Of a stretch of 64,000 bases of DNA, positions 1 to 15,960 are shown one piece after another. How positions within the stretch are numbered: the stretch's first letter is position 1; each line of letters begins with the position of its first letter. The notes below the pieces were generated by a model. It made no database searches and was not told the DNA's origin. It worked only from the letters and a program-made list of their open reading frames with translations. The position numbers and the translations under genes are program-made. The stretch comes from Eledone cirrhosa. Lineage: Eukaryota. The DNA is taken from contig OZ024741.1 in the NCBI GenBank assembly GCA_964016885.1, positions 302,746,001 to 302,810,000 of the forward strand, in the 5' to 3' direction.

Positions 1-345
1 AAGCTGGTTAAAAATCCTGCTGTTGAGTGAGTCAACGAGCAAATGTACATTTGACGTCGGAAAAAGAAACTATTTCGTCCAAGATGTCTGCCCTAACCCA
101 AAATTTAAGCACGGTTGTTGCAATCTTATGTTTTGTGCTGCATGTCTGGAAATGGGGTTGGTTCCATAAATCAAATCGATGACATCATGGACAGTATTGT
201 CTATGTGGAGACCTTAAAGAAGACTATGCTTGCATGTATAAAGTCATTTCGGTTGGTGATAAACTTTTTAGTATGACAATAACCAACAGGATACCACTAG
301 TATAATGAAGGATTTCATCGAATGCCAAAAACATCCAAGTGAAAT
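1..345 (+). mobile_element. Degenerate Tc1-like transposase fragment
   Basis: Translation across frameshifts gives KFKHGCCNLMF..CMSGNGVGSINQIDDIMDS..Y..TL and F*YDNNQQDTT, resembling the Tc1 motifs TVKHGGGSLMVWGCM..GVG and FQQDNDPKHT. Confidence 0.65.
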
Positions 346-654
346 GAGCGAATAAAACTATATAGTTGCTACAATTGCTAAAAGTGCAACTGAATCTTCC
401 TCAAATGACAGTCAACCACTATAAAAATGTTGAGACACTTTAGATGACGTTGTCTGGGTTGTACTATGCTTGAACCCCCCCCCCCCGGTAAAATACATCA
501 ACGCAAAACAAAACAAAAAAAGTTCTGTAATAATTGAAAATGTCAGAAATCTCTCGAAAATTGTAGTTTTCGATCGGTCTTTTCGCTAGTTTCGCAAACA
601 CTAATCCTTGAATCCCAAAGCCATTGATATTTGATTGATTTAAGAAAATAATTT

Positions 655-865
655 TAATTTAAGCACGAAGGAAGCAATTTGGGGGAAAGGGAAAGTCGCT
701 TAAATTGACACCAGTACTTTACTGGTACTTTATGTAATCTACTTCAGAAAGATGAAAAGAAAATTTGACATCGACGGTATTTGAATTTGAACTCAGTAAA
801 GGGCCGTAATTAAACACCCGAAAACATCTTGTCCGACGATATAACCACTCTATCAGTCCACCAAC
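655..865 (-). mobile_element. tRNA-derived SINE (main family of this window)
   Basis: Matches the recurring consensus gactggtactttat..aaggatgaaaggcaaagttgacctcggcgggatttgaactcag; B-box GTTCAAAT on the minus strand. Confidence 0.7.
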
Positions 866-1085
866 CCTGATTCAAGAAACATTTGATATAGATGGCAAAT
901 AACTATAATCACGATTGGCAGGATCGTTAGAGCGTATTTAGTTACGGCCCTTTAGGTTCTGAGTTTAAATCGATAAACGTAATCTTTCATCCGGCATACA
1001 CACACACACACACACACATACATATATATATACGCACACAGAGGCACACACACACATACATACAAACATGTATATATATATATAT

Positions 1086-1250
1086 ATTCAGAAGATCCCG
1101 TTAAGGGTGAAAGCAGCGATTCTTTGCTTAAACTTTAATCTGTTATTTTAATAAATATTTGCTCTACGGTTCTTATATATTTGATATATATTTATCCTTA
1201 TCGAGCCCTCTTTGGATTTTAGTCTTCACATTTATTATTATATATGTTTA
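1086..1250 (+). mobile_element. TA-inserted short element, family A, with an HHR-like motif (core CAGAAGA)
   Basis: tt-CAGAAGA-tccc gttaa gggt-GAAA-gca..tgc-TT-aaac; further copies at 35836-36058, 40565-40775 and 47483-47717. Confidence 0.7.
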
Positions 1251-1266
1251 TTATTATATATATATT

Positions 1267-1315
<49 letters not shown>

Positions 1316-1412
1316 CTGCACACATACACACTTATTTATGCATATATATTATAGCAATAAATAAGCTTTTTTTATATTTCCAAATTTATAAAAAATGAAT
1401 ATACGAATATAC

Positions 1413-1559
<147 letters not shown>

Positions 1560-1672
1560 CATGGCTTCAGCCGGATGGCTGGAACATATGAAAGAATAAA
1601 AGAATATTATATATATATATACGCATATATAACCTCTATCCATACATACATATATATATACATGCATATATA

Positions 1673-1872
1673 NNNNNNNNNNNNNNNNNNNNNNNNNNNN
1701 NNNNNNNNNNNNNNNNNNNNNNNNNNNNNNNNNNNNNNNNNNNNNNNNNNNNNNNNNNNNNNNNNNNNNNNNNNNNNNNNNNNNNNNNNNNNNNNNNNNN
1801 NNNNNNNNNNNNNNNNNNNNNNNNNNNNNNNNNNNNNNNNNNNNNNNNNNNNNNNNNNNNNNNNNNNNNNNN
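1673..1872. other. Assembly gap (200 N) with duplicated flanks
   Basis: 1167-1672 recurs almost identically at 1873-~2381. Confidence 0.95.
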
Positions 1873-1972
1873 CGGTTCTTATATATTTGATATATATTTA
1901 TCCTTATCGAGCCCTCTTTGGATTTTAGTCTTCACATTTATTATTATATATGTTTATTATTATATATATATT

Positions 1973-2021
<49 letters not shown>

Positions 2022-2118
2022 CTGCACACATACACACTTATTTATGCATATATATTATAGCAATAAATAAGCTTTTTTTATATTTCCAAATTTATAAAAA
2101 ATGAATATACGAATATAC

Positions 2119-2237
<119 letters not shown>

Positions 2238-2474
2238 TGTATATATATATATAATATATATATATGCATGGCTTCAGCCGGATGGCTGGAACATATGAAA
2301 GAATAAAAGAATATTATATATATATATACGCATATATAACCTCTATCCATACATACATATATATACTACATGCATATATATAATATATATATACACACAC
2401 ACACAGCACACACGTGTGTGTGTGTGCATATATACATTTATAATCTGCTGGTAACTAGCCGAAATGGCCGAGCT

Positions 2475-2826
2475 CACAGTCGATCTTCTACTTTTACGTT
2501 GGAAAAACTGCGAAAAGCTACTACTGTGGGTGTTTAAATGTTTCCTGAGATGTCGAGGTCGAAAGAATATAATGAAGTTCAGCCCAAGTCAGTAGTGGAG
2601 TTCCACTACTGACTCACGTCCTGGCTCACTTCTTTTCATTATTTATAAAAATGACATCATATACGTCATCAAGCACAGCAAGAAAAGAATGTTCGCAGAT
2701 GATTCCAAGCTCCAGAAGGTCATCAACAGAATAGGAGACAGGACATGTCTCAATCGGAACGGCTCGCTGTTATCCAACGGGTGACAAAACAAAACAGTAT
2801 GCTAATAAACGAGAATAAATTTGAAC
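2475..2826 (+). mobile_element. CR1/L2-group LINE reverse transcriptase fragment
   Basis: VSSGVP, LGSLLFI, MFADDSKL and NSMLINENKFE motifs, interrupted by frameshifts. Confidence 0.75.
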
Positions 2827-2848
2827 ACACACACACACACACACACAC

Positions 2849-2915
<67 letters not shown>

Positions 2916-3134
2916 CACCACACACACATGCACACACACACGCGCACACACACACACGCACACAATAGCCACAAGATTTCCAGAGGTTGACTAAGGAGAT
3001 GGGACTGTCCGTTTTCCATTGGATTTTCTATTGTCTCTGTCATGTGTGCCCCACTGTTTTGAATATATATATATAAAAATATATATATACACATACACAT
3101 AATATATATACATACATACATACATATATATATA

Positions 3135-3180
<46 letters not shown>

Positions 3181-3189
3181 CATATATAT

Positions 3190-3803
3190 GGTGGCTGCCA
3201 ACTCGTTTTCGAGTACGGCCACTACTTTATATCCATGTAGGAGAACCCCTACCGATGCGCTGAACGAGTGTGACTTTTTAGTCCAGCCAGCGACTTGAAA
3301 ACTCTGGTACAAACACGACACTTGTGACAGTTATTGACACATAGTGCTGGGCCCATGGGTGCCATGTGGACGACAAGTGCAAGAGAGATCTCCAGATACA
3401 AAGCAATGCCTGTGCTCGTGAAGCTTTTATAGTGAGCAAAGGCATTGCACAAAGCAGTCCCACTCTCTTAACCAAGATGATATTTACCAAAAAGAAGAAC
3501 AAGTCAACATCATTGGATACCATCAGGGTTGCAGGTGTTATATCAGAGTTTTCCTTCTCCTAGAATTCTGCCTTGACAAAGAGCTAAGGGGTCTATCTCT
3601 CCCAGTGATTTTGGATGGCCATTGACTCTTAAGAGCTCCTTTGCCCTTTGACAGGTTTTGTTTTTAGTCCTGCAGGATGTCCAAAATCACCCTCCTCACC
3701 AAGAAACCTTGGTGGGGTTGCCAGTTTAGTCGCCAACGACCCGAACATGAGACAGGTTGTACTGGGATACATGTTACCAGGTAGCACCAAGTGGTGACCT
3801 GAC
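3190..3803. mobile_element. ~610-bp non-coding interspersed repeat in TA-rich DNA, copy 1
   Basis: Full-length inverted copy at 36561-37168 with the same ends; no TIRs. Confidence 0.85.
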
Positions 3804-3935
3804 ATACACCACAATATATATATATGTATATATACATACATACATATATATTATACACACACACACATAATATATATATATAACGGTGGAAATATATTTT
3901 ACTTTAGATTTATGTTTACATAATATATTCTAATT

Positions 3936-4024
<89 letters not shown>

Positions 4025-4242
4025 AAACCCTCTTCCCTGCTATATCAAGCGTTAACCTAATATATTCCTTCCATATACTGTACCGATTGTGTTGTTATTT
4101 CTGTTTACTTTTTACATATATATATATATATATAGATGCACGCACGCGCGCACACAAACATACGTACACACATACACACATATATATATACTATCTATAT
4201 ATCTATATATGTAAATATGCATACATATGCATATCTATATGC

Positions 4243-4303
<61 letters not shown>

Positions 4304-5007
4304 CTTGTTGTGTGTGTGTGTGTGCGTGTGCGTCGTGTATCTCTCTCTCTATATGTATAGCAGTTGCTTCTGCATATTTAGAATAAAATTATGTAAGCAT
4401 AACTCTAAAGTAAATATATTTGCATCTTTCCATATCTTCCGTGTGTGTATATTTCTGTGTGTAAATAAAGGCAGACTGATAGAAAAGGAGAAAGGGAGTT
4501 GGAGTGAGAACAAGAAATAACAGTAAGGATAAGATATACATGCATTGGACCCTTAAATCCTAATGGAGTCGTTAGGGCAACGTTTTTCACCGTTTCGTTT
4601 TAAGAGGAATAAACGAAAGGGTGAAAAGCGAAGTTAAGCTTGGCGGGATTTGAACGAAGAGCGCAGAGAGACGGAATGAACACTAAAGAATTCTATCCTT
4701 GTTCCCTATGTTGTAACAACTCTGCCAATTCATTCCATCGAATAAGATACCGTACTTTGAGCTGATCGATTACGAAACGCACGACGCAATGTGAATAAAC
4801 ATAATGATGCTCTATTGATACTACTATCCTGCTCCTTTTGCCTTTTCATCGATAAAATAAAGCACCAGTAAAGCACTGGGGTCAATTTAATCGACTTTCC
4901 TCTTCCCCAAAAATTGGTGGCCTTGTGCCTAAATCAGAAACCATTATATATATAATATATATAAAATTATAGATTGAAAGGTGAGGCTGTGTGGTTACTG
5001 ATAAACG

Positions 5008-5158
5008 AGTGTTAGAACGGTAAGGCGACCACAAACAAGATATGGACAGTCTCACTTCGTCAGTTGTTTAGTACGGGTCAGGAACAACGAAGAAAAAAAA
5101 ACTGACGAAGTGAGCCTGTTTTGTCCATCTTTTGTTTGTGTCGCTAACCTTCTAACAC

Positions 5159-5159
<1 letters not shown>
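5008..5159. repeat. Imperfect fold-back inverted repeat abutting (TA)n
   Basis: agtgttagaa..ctcacttcgtcagtt (5008-5065) pairs with aactgacgaagtgag..ttctaacact (5100-5159). Confidence 0.75.
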
Positions 5160-5228
<69 letters not shown>

Positions 5229-5257
5229 TTTAAGAAAAATCTTCGTCCAAGTGAGTT

Positions 5258-5342
5258 TGTTTCCTGATGATTTCGAAACTCGTGAATTTATCCTTGATCG
5301 GATATTTCCAAAAACCGAATGAAACTTCATGGGGTAGAAACA
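5258..5342 (+). ncRNA. Type I hammerhead ribozyme, family C
   Basis: Stem I tgtttc/gaaaca; CTGATGA; stem II ttcg..cgaa; GAAA; stem III cttcatgggg; GTA cleavage triplet; lies in a ~400-bp repeat (5232-5630) also found at 39130-39535. Confidence 0.8.
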
Positions 5343-5629
5343 TAATTTTGGTATGCTTATATACATTTTTTTCTTTCTAACTTTGATTTTATACCTAATT
5401 GTGTATGGTTGACGATATATTTAATCGATTTCCACGTGCTATTAGAATGTTGGGTAAACTATTCTATCACGGATAGATGGCTGTCGTTTATTTATCTATT
5501 ATTTCTTCATGGGTGCCTTTTAATCTTCATAGGTGCCTTGTTTAATTGTTTTTGTGTGTGGTTGATTATGCTGATTGGGAGAGGAGATGATGTATATATT
5601 TTATCAAATGATTCTAATGGACATACTTT

Positions 5630-5756
<127 letters not shown>

Positions 5757-5768
5757 TATATGTATATA

Positions 5769-5855
<87 letters not shown>

Positions 5856-6221
5856 AGAGAGAGAGAACTACGGAGACACACGATCAGAAAGTGTTAGGCT
5901 GATTTATTGTTGAATCTCAGGTTAGCCCTACTGATGTAGACGTTTGATGATACACGTTCCCAATCGTGACCACCACGTCAGTTATCTAAACCTAGTTTAT
6001 CTATGTGCTTTTTTTCTTCAAGTCGTTCATGTATCCATGTGTTTTTTCTCCTTCAAGTCGTTAGGCTACGTGGGAAGCTCGTTGAATTGTTGGTCTGTCT
6101 ACTGGATATATAAAACGTTTAGATTGAAATATAGAAGTTAATAATGACTTTTAGCTTTGGTACACGGCTGCGTATATTAGAAGAGTGAACTTAAGCAATA
6201 CTATAACATGACTGGATCCTA

Positions 6222-6429
6222 CGAGGGTAGGTTGAAAAGTTCATAGGTTGAATATGAAGGAGTGATGCTAGTTGCTGTGAAATCATGCATGCATTCATTT
6301 CAACCCTTCTAATGAATAAATAACTGCATTGTTTTTGCCCAGGGACTATGTTGAAAAATAAAATAAACCTCATTTGGTCATTCCACGAGGGTATCTTGGT
6401 CAGGCTATGAACTTTTTAGCAGGCCCTTG
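6222..6429. mobile_element. Mariner-type MITE
   Basis: TA|cgagggtaggttgaaaagttcatagg ... gctatgaactttttagcaggcccttg|TA: imperfect TIRs with a TA target duplication. Confidence 0.7.
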
Positions 6430-6760
6430 TATTTAATCGATCGTGACAGGATGAAAGAGGCCAATATGACACATGTGGAATTTTTACACTGAATCTAAAA
6501 CAGAAGTGGTTAAACGAACGAACGGTGCGATTGTCAGTTTAGACTAAGGAAGCACCGTTTCCATTATTCTTTTTCTATTGCTGATACTACAAGTCGGTCG
6601 CAATTCCTGGAAGAAGGAAGCCGGATTTGAATTCAGAGCACATAGGGTTATATCAGATACTGCAACCGTCCGACTCTTTAAACAATTCCGCCGATCTATC
6701 GCCCCATGGACTACTTTAATGTATCTACCTGACGGAGTATCAGATATGCACACGTATATA

Positions 6761-6975
6761 CAGTGTATTCCGAAAAATCAATATCATTTTCGATGTAAAT
6801 ATTCCAGAAACTACAGTGTCTAGGACAACGAGGACTGAGCAGGCTTTATGTTAAGCAATATCAGATTTATTTTCTCAAAATTTGTCAACATTTGTCAACA
6901 TATATAACAGTAATTCACAATATTTAGTGGTATTTCTGGGATATTTGCATCTCAAATGATATCTAATTTTTTGAA

Positions 6976-6980
<5 letters not shown>
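6761..6980. mobile_element. Tc1/mariner-like MITE
   Basis: Imperfect TIRs: tattccgaaaaatcaatatcattttcgatgtaaatattccagaaa versus tttctgggatatttgcatctcaaatgatatctaattttttgaaata. Confidence 0.6.
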
Positions 6981-7019
<39 letters not shown>

Positions 7020-7027
7020 TTGTGTGT

Positions 7028-7084
<57 letters not shown>

Positions 7085-7245
7085 TGTGTGTGTGTTGTGT
7101 GTATAGCATTCTGCAATTTATCATTGAATTCCCATTGATATTAATTCCTTTATATGCACATATAAGTGTGTGAGTCCGTAATGTGTGTGTGTGTATATAT
7201 ATATATATAACATCTCTCTCTGTTTATATATATATATAAACAGAG

Positions 7246-7294
<49 letters not shown>

Positions 7295-7673
7295 AGGGAA
7301 ATATGTGTGCGAATGTGTGAGTATGAGTATAGGTGTGTATGTATGTATGTGTGTGTATTAAAGAATGATTGAGTCTTTAGAATAACGTCTATTTATCTTT
7401 ATCGCCAACCTTTTCACCGAGACATCTATTTAAATGTTTGCTTGTTTATTTCTTTGACTCATTAATTCTTTCTATTGCCATTAGCGAGGAATTGGTTCAA
7501 CGCTATTTTAAACAGCTTTATCTCTTTCAATACTGCCCTCAAAGATTATTTATTTTTCAAAGACCCAACTATCCTGAGAGAGAAATTTTCACAATATAAT
7601 TATCTGTCCTCTTCCCGCTTTCACCCACAAGTCACTATAACCAAAGATAGATTTTCCTGATCTATCTATCTAT

Positions 7674-7734
<61 letters not shown>

Positions 7735-7829
7735 ACATCCATCCACACATACATACACATGCGCACACACATATACATATGCATATATATATATACATGT
7801 TATAAGTATATATATATAAACACACACAC

Positions 7830-7889
<60 letters not shown>

Positions 7890-8029
7890 CATATGGGCGT
7901 GAGAGGTGTGCATATGTGTGTGTGTCTGTGCGTATGTATACTGTTCTGTGCTAGTACAAGAAAGTAACATGGAGTGTTTAATATATATTTTCTAAATATT
8001 TTTAATGGAAATGTGTTAGAATGTTTGTA

Positions 8030-8094
<65 letters not shown>

Positions 8095-8138
8095 CTCTCT
8101 CGTCTCTCTCCTCTTCTCTCTCTCTCTCTCTCTCTCTG

Positions 8139-8139
<1 letters not shown>

Positions 8140-8172
<33 letters not shown>

Positions 8173-8199
8173 TATATATATATGTATATATATATGTAC

Positions 8200-8252
<53 letters not shown>

Positions 8253-8468
8253 TCATTATATATATATATATATATTATATATATACATTATATATATATA
8301 TATATAATACTATATATATACATTATATATATATATATATATACATTATATATATAAATATATATACATTATATATATATATATATACATTATATATATA
8401 TATATATATATACATTATATATATATATATATAATATATACATTATATATATATATATATATATATAC

Positions 8469-8507
<39 letters not shown>

Positions 8508-8726
8508 TATATATATATATATATATATATACATTATATATATATATATGTACATTATATATATATATATAATATATATATATATATATACATTATATAT
8601 ATATATATATAATATACATTATATATATATATATATATAAATATACATTATATATATATATATATATACATTATATATATATATATATATACATTATATA
8701 TATATATATAATATATATATATATAC

Positions 8727-8814
<88 letters not shown>

Positions 8815-8987
8815 TATATATATAATATATATACATTATATATATATATATATATAATACATTATATATATATAATATATACATTATATATATATAATAT
8901 ATATATATATTATATATATATATATACATTATATATATAATATATAATATATATACATTATATATATATATATATATATATATACAT

Positions 8988-9022
<35 letters not shown>

Positions 9023-9030
9023 ATATATAT
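8140..9030. repeat. Compound (TA)n array with recurring 'acat' interruptions
   Basis: Direct reading of the sequence. Confidence 0.95.
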
Positions 9031-9574
9031 ATCCGGACTACATTGAGTTCTTCATACGGATTGGACACTACCGTAAACTCTTGGTAGATTTATCCTACAT
9101 ATATATATATATATATACATTATATATATATATATATATACATTATATATATATATAATATATACATTATATATATTATATATATATATATAGGGCAAGT
9201 GAGAGAGAGAGAAAATAGATAGATAGACATAGATATTCAAAGCTTCATTTTTCGTGGGCCACTACTCAGAGTTTCTCGTTACCTTAGGCGCATTTTCACA
9301 TGGAAAAAATATTCATCAGGCAAAAATATACCTAGAAATTGTTCCACAATTACACCGAAACAATAATGAGTATAGGATTTAGTTAAACCTGTGAAAGATA
9401 CTATAAGAAGGCAGAGTATCTAAAACTGAGGATATTGGACTACATAAAGTTATTGATATCAAAGAACCACCCATACAAACCACTACTAAGGAGTAGATGA
9501 AATCCTTAAAATATAACATAAGGTAATGAAGGGGAAAATTAAAAATAGACCACAACAGAAGAGTATGACTAATA

Positions 9575-9795
9575 CCGATTTCTAATTTAGGCACAAGGCC
9601 AGCAAATTTGGGTGTGAAGGGCAAAGTTGATTAAATTAACCCTGTACTTGACTGGTACTCTATTTTATCAGACCCCAGAAGAATGAAAGGTAAAGTTGAC
9701 CTTAGCGGGATTTGAAATCAGAATGTAAAGAGCCAGAATAAACACTACGGTGGCATTTTAGCCGATGCTCTACACATTCTGCTAATCCCCCACCT
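9575..9795 (-). mobile_element. tRNA-derived SINE
   Basis: Near-full match to the window's SINE consensus. Confidence 0.8.
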
Positions 9796-9809
9796 TGAGC
9801 AAGACTAAT

Positions 9810-11225
<1,416 letters not shown>

Positions 11226-11424
11226 AAGTAGTACAGTCTCTGTACGCAACACATACAAAAGTCTATACAATTACCATCCAATGAAATATCACAACTTACA
11301 CAACATATAGTTTATGCAGTCGCCATCTAAACAGATAAACACATATTCGTACATAATCGATATGCGACACTACAATACCATCAACTCATACGCCTTACAT
11401 TCAGCAGAATTGCCACCCAATAGT

Positions 11425-11620
11425 ATAATTGTTTCTACTTTTGGCACTAGGCCAACAATTACCCCAGTGCATTACTGGTGCTTAAATTGTATCGACCCCG
11501 TAAGGATAAAAAGCAAGGTTAACCTCGGCGGGATTTGAAATCAGAACATAAAGAGCTATAACTCTATGCCGCAAAGCATGGTGTCTGACGCTCTCCTGAT
11601 ACTGCCAATCCACCGCCCAA
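11425..11620 (-). mobile_element. tRNA-derived SINE, young subfamily
   Basis: Highly similar to 12712-12902, 53578-53690 and 55506-55695. Confidence 0.85.
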
Positions 11621-12064
11621 TAGTATGATACAAGCCACAAAGAATATATTTTACATAAATAGCGTCTGATAAACATTTAATGTCAGTCACACATATACCA
11701 AACATAAATATCACCCAACAAAGAAAGACAACTCACATTACAGTGTCTCATCTGTTGTGTTGAGTATATCTACACAACACGAGCCACTGAAGTAGCACTA
11801 GATACCAGAAAGACAATCCCACAATAGTGAAAAAGAGTTGAAGTTAGTATAAAATGCAATCCTGCACGCTAAAAGACAATTCTGCACATAACTTAAAAAC
11901 AAGGAAGGTCATTTAATGGCGCAACAGAAACTAGAATAAAACTGTTTGAAACATAGCGATAAACAAAAACACTATTTTTTGGCACAACGCCAACAATTTG
12001 AAGGGATAGAGAATGTCAATTAGATCGACCTCAGTGTGTTACTGGCACATTGTTTTATCGAGAG

Positions 12065-12335
12065 TCGGACGCCATGCTTTCCAGCATAGTTACGTCCCTT
12101 TAAGATCTAAGTTCAAATCCCGCCGAGGTTAACTTTGCCTTTCATCCTTACGGGGTCGATAAAATAAAGTACCAATAATGTACTTGTGCCAAATGTAGAA
12201 ACAATTATTTTATCGACCCCCCCATAAGTATGAAAAGCAAAAAGCAAAACTAAACCCGGTGGGATTTGAACTTTGCAGAGAGACGAAACGAATCCCGCAA
12301 AGAATCCCATCCAACATTCTAACGACTCTGACAAC
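12065..12335. mobile_element. Two adjacent SINE fragments in opposite orientation
   Basis: Plus-strand gttcaaatcccgccgaggttaactttgcc followed by a minus-strand copy. Confidence 0.7.
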
Positions 12336-12711
12336 CCCCCCCCCCAAAAAAAAACCCCAAAACAAAAACAAACAAACAAACAAAAAACAATCAAACAAAC
12401 TAAACAACAGCAAACAGAAAACAAACAAAAAACTAAAACAAAAAAAAATCAACACGAACTTCACCATCAACAACAATAACAACGACGAACAACAATAATT
12501 TGTTCTAATATGCAATAACGAAGAGAAGGAAAAAGAGAATATAATAAAAGGAAAGACAAGAGAAAGAAAAGAAAGAAGAGGTAGCGAAAGAGAAGAAAAA
12601 TGAACGAGTAATAAAGAATGAAAAAATAAACGACGTTAAACGATTGGAGAGAAGAAAAGAATAAATAAGTGAAAGAAAAAAGGAGAAAATGGAATGTTAG
12701 CAGACGTTAAA

Positions 12712-12902
12712 TAATTGTTTCTACTTTTGACACAAGGCCAGCAATTACCTAGTACATTACTGGTACTTTATTTTATCAACTCCGTAAGGAGGAAAGGCAA
12801 AGTTAACCTCGGCGGGATTTGAACTCAGAATGGCAAGGGCCATAACTCTATGCGTCATAGCATGGCGTCCGACCCACTACCGATACTGCCAGCCCACCGC
12901 CT
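12712..12902 (-). mobile_element. tRNA-derived SINE, young subfamily
   Basis: Consensus match including A- and B-box regions. Confidence 0.85.
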
Positions 12903-13259
12903 TCTGGCGTTAAATAATATAGGGGACAAAGAACGAGTAAATAAATGTATGTTTATATATATATATAACGACAGTCGATCAACAAGATCCCAGACCTCAT
13001 TCGCTTAACGAGTGGGGTGGAGTTCGTCAAATCGGACCGAGGAAACAATGTTTCCATCGGTCTTTCCAATATTAATACTAACTGTCAGTCACAAATCCAG
13101 GCAGAAGGAGGAACATGAAATAAAGTTTCTTGCTCAAGGATATAACGCATCGCCCGGTCCGGGAATCGAAAGCACAACCCGCGATTGCGAATCCAATTCT
13201 CTAAACACTCAATCACGCGCCTACACACACACACACACATATATATGAACATATGTATG

Positions 13260-13370
13260 GGCCCATAACTCCTGGTGGAGTTGTAAGGGCGCTGTAGTGA
13301 CTTATGATGTGTCTTGGATATTTTAAACAGGTGGAGCCCATCCCCTCTCCAGCCAATTACTCCAAGAAAA

Positions 13371-13402
<32 letters not shown>

Positions 13403-13560
13403 CGACTCTAGTATTGATCTGGTACTATTTTTTACCAACCTCAAAAGAACGAAAGGCAAAGTTGACTTTGGTGGGTTTTGAACTCAGAGCTCAGAGAGCC
13501 GGAATGAATACCGCAAAGCATTCTATTCGACACTCTAACGACTCTGCTAATCCGTCGCAT
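13260..13560 (-). mobile_element. SINE variant with an alternative 3' domain
   Basis: SINE head plus a tail related to 19500-19585, 28300-28520, 47957-48060, 48270-48360 and 49220-49530. Confidence 0.6.
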
Positions 13561-13871
13561 ATTTGTAGTCATAAAAACGTGTGAAAAATGCGAAGGAAAA
13601 CGAGCTGTATAAAAAAACATGAATTGAAAGAATCGGAGAAGGAAAATTGGAAGGATTGGTAGAATGAAAAAAAAAAATGAACAAAAAATAGGGAGAGAAA
13701 GAGGGAGTGCTTGTGAGAGAGAAAGAGATTGCGAGGAGAGTGTGTGAGAGAAATGAGAAAGGGAGTGTGAAAGAGAACGAAAGTGTGTGTGTGAGAGAGA
13801 AAGAAAATGTGTGAGAGCGAGAGAAAGAGAATATGTGTGAGAGAGAAAGAGAGTGAATAAGAGAGAAAGCC

Positions 13872-13934
<63 letters not shown>

Positions 13935-13936
13935 AT

Positions 13937-13970
<34 letters not shown>

Positions 13971-15151
13971 GAGAAACAGAGAAAGTGTGTGTGTAAGCCA
14001 AAGAAACAAGTCTATGTGAAAAGATGAAAATTAAAAATAAAACGATTTGAAAAACAAATAGGAATTGTCAGAAACATCGAGGAAATTAATGAATAAGACA
14101 AACAAATAAATATACGAAGAAGGAAGGACAGAAAACATAACATAGAAGAAAGAATGAAGAAATCATAAATGAATGAAATAAACAGTATTGACAAAGAAGG
14201 AAGAGAAAAAATAACGATGAAAAAAATTATTTATAATATATGAAAAATAAAATGCAAACTTGAAAGAAAAATAATGCAAACTTGAAAGAAGAACAAGAAT
14301 GAATAAATAAGTAAATAATTAAATAAATAAATATATAAAGGAATGAGAAAAATGAACGAATGAAGATTCAGTTACTGAAGGAGAGAATGTTTAGTCGTAA
14401 TCCATCCAATACGATACAGATTTCAAGATGGTTGACTGGTGATCGTCTGCTTCAAAGCAATTGGTAAATTTGGTCACTGGACATGTCGAGCAGTTGCTGC
14501 TAGCAATGAAGGGGTCAAAATGTGTTTAGTGGTCAGTCATGTATCGTCCTTTAATAGGACAACGGTTTTGCAGATGAGATGCCTTATATATTGAAGATAT
14601 TTCTCATGAAATGACGACGACTGGTGGATAGTTTCATGACTGGGGAATTGATTTACCATATGCTATGTGTGTGTTTGTGACTGTGTATTGTCTGCGCATA
14701 GCTATGTATGCGTACGGTACTATCCGTGTATAGATGAGTGTGCGTGTGTGTGTGTGCGTGTGTGTATGTATGTGCATGTGTGTGTATATATATGCATGTG
14801 TGTGCTTGTCTGTGTGCGAGAATGTATATATTTGTACGTTTATGCATATGTGTATCCCTGCGAAATAACTATATATTTATGAGTGTTTTATGTGTGTTTT
14901 TATGTATGTTCAAGCGCATGTTTATGTGGTTATGGGTTTATGAGTGTGGGTGCGAGCGCGCGTATGTATGTAAAAAGCACATGATAAAGTTTGCATGAAT
15001 GTGTATGTATAATAACCATATATATATAAGACTGTATGTGGGTGTATATATGAGTGAGGTCACTATATATATGTAGATAAATGTACTACCAATCTACCAA
15101 CCTACCAACATACCTCCCTTTCTACCTACTTATCTACCCATCCCTCACTTC

Positions 15152-15199
<48 letters not shown>

Positions 15200-15223
15200 A
15201 AGTTTGTGTGTATATGTGTTGAC

Positions 15224-15288
<65 letters not shown>

Positions 15289-15346
15289 TTATATAATATT
15301 AGTCAACACACATTCACAAAATTTATAGACACATAGATAGAGTGAT

Positions 15347-15398
15347 GAGTCTTGTTGCTTTGGAGTTTCATCTGTGTACTCACACGATCATCAGAGAA
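15347..15398 (-). ncRNA. Degenerate hammerhead motif, family G
   Basis: Minus strand CTGATGA-tcgtgt gagt acacagat-GAAA-ctccaaag-ca-acaagactc; homologous to 39661-39709. Confidence 0.5.
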
Positions 15399-15780
15399 TA
15401 TACATAGATATAGGAACCCCAAATGAAGAAAATAAGTGTACCAAATGTCGATTACTAAAATCTAGCTTAGAAAATCGGGTAAAATACTCCTTTAGACGGG
15501 CAAACTCGCAGCGATTCGATTGCTGGTCCCTTTCTTGTGTTTTTTAAGGATTCCTATACCTTCTAAGAATATATATATATATGAAAAGATTCAGGACCCC
15601 GACGGCTGATCTCCGGCCGTTTCGACAGCTAGATCAGAACTAAGCCACCAGTATATATATGGACGTATGTTTGGAATGCGACGAGCGAAGACTATAATAT
15701 AGTCTAATAATGGGGTCTATAAACCTGGCCCCTAATAGATAAAATGAGATGGTGTATCAATCGTGAGGTCAAAGATGCAA

Positions 15781-15854
<74 letters not shown>

Positions 15855-15924
15855 GGAAAAAATGAAACGAAATTTCATTTATATATATATATATATATAA
15901 ATGGAAAAAATGAAACGAAATTTC

Positions 15925-15954
<30 letters not shown>

Positions 15955-15960
<6 letters not shown>

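Noticed and set aside
14380-14660. Unique-looking sequence as a host exon (also 17100-17300 and 21100-21420)
   Set aside because: No recognisable protein motif or consistent splice and reading frame; cannot be supported without RNA data
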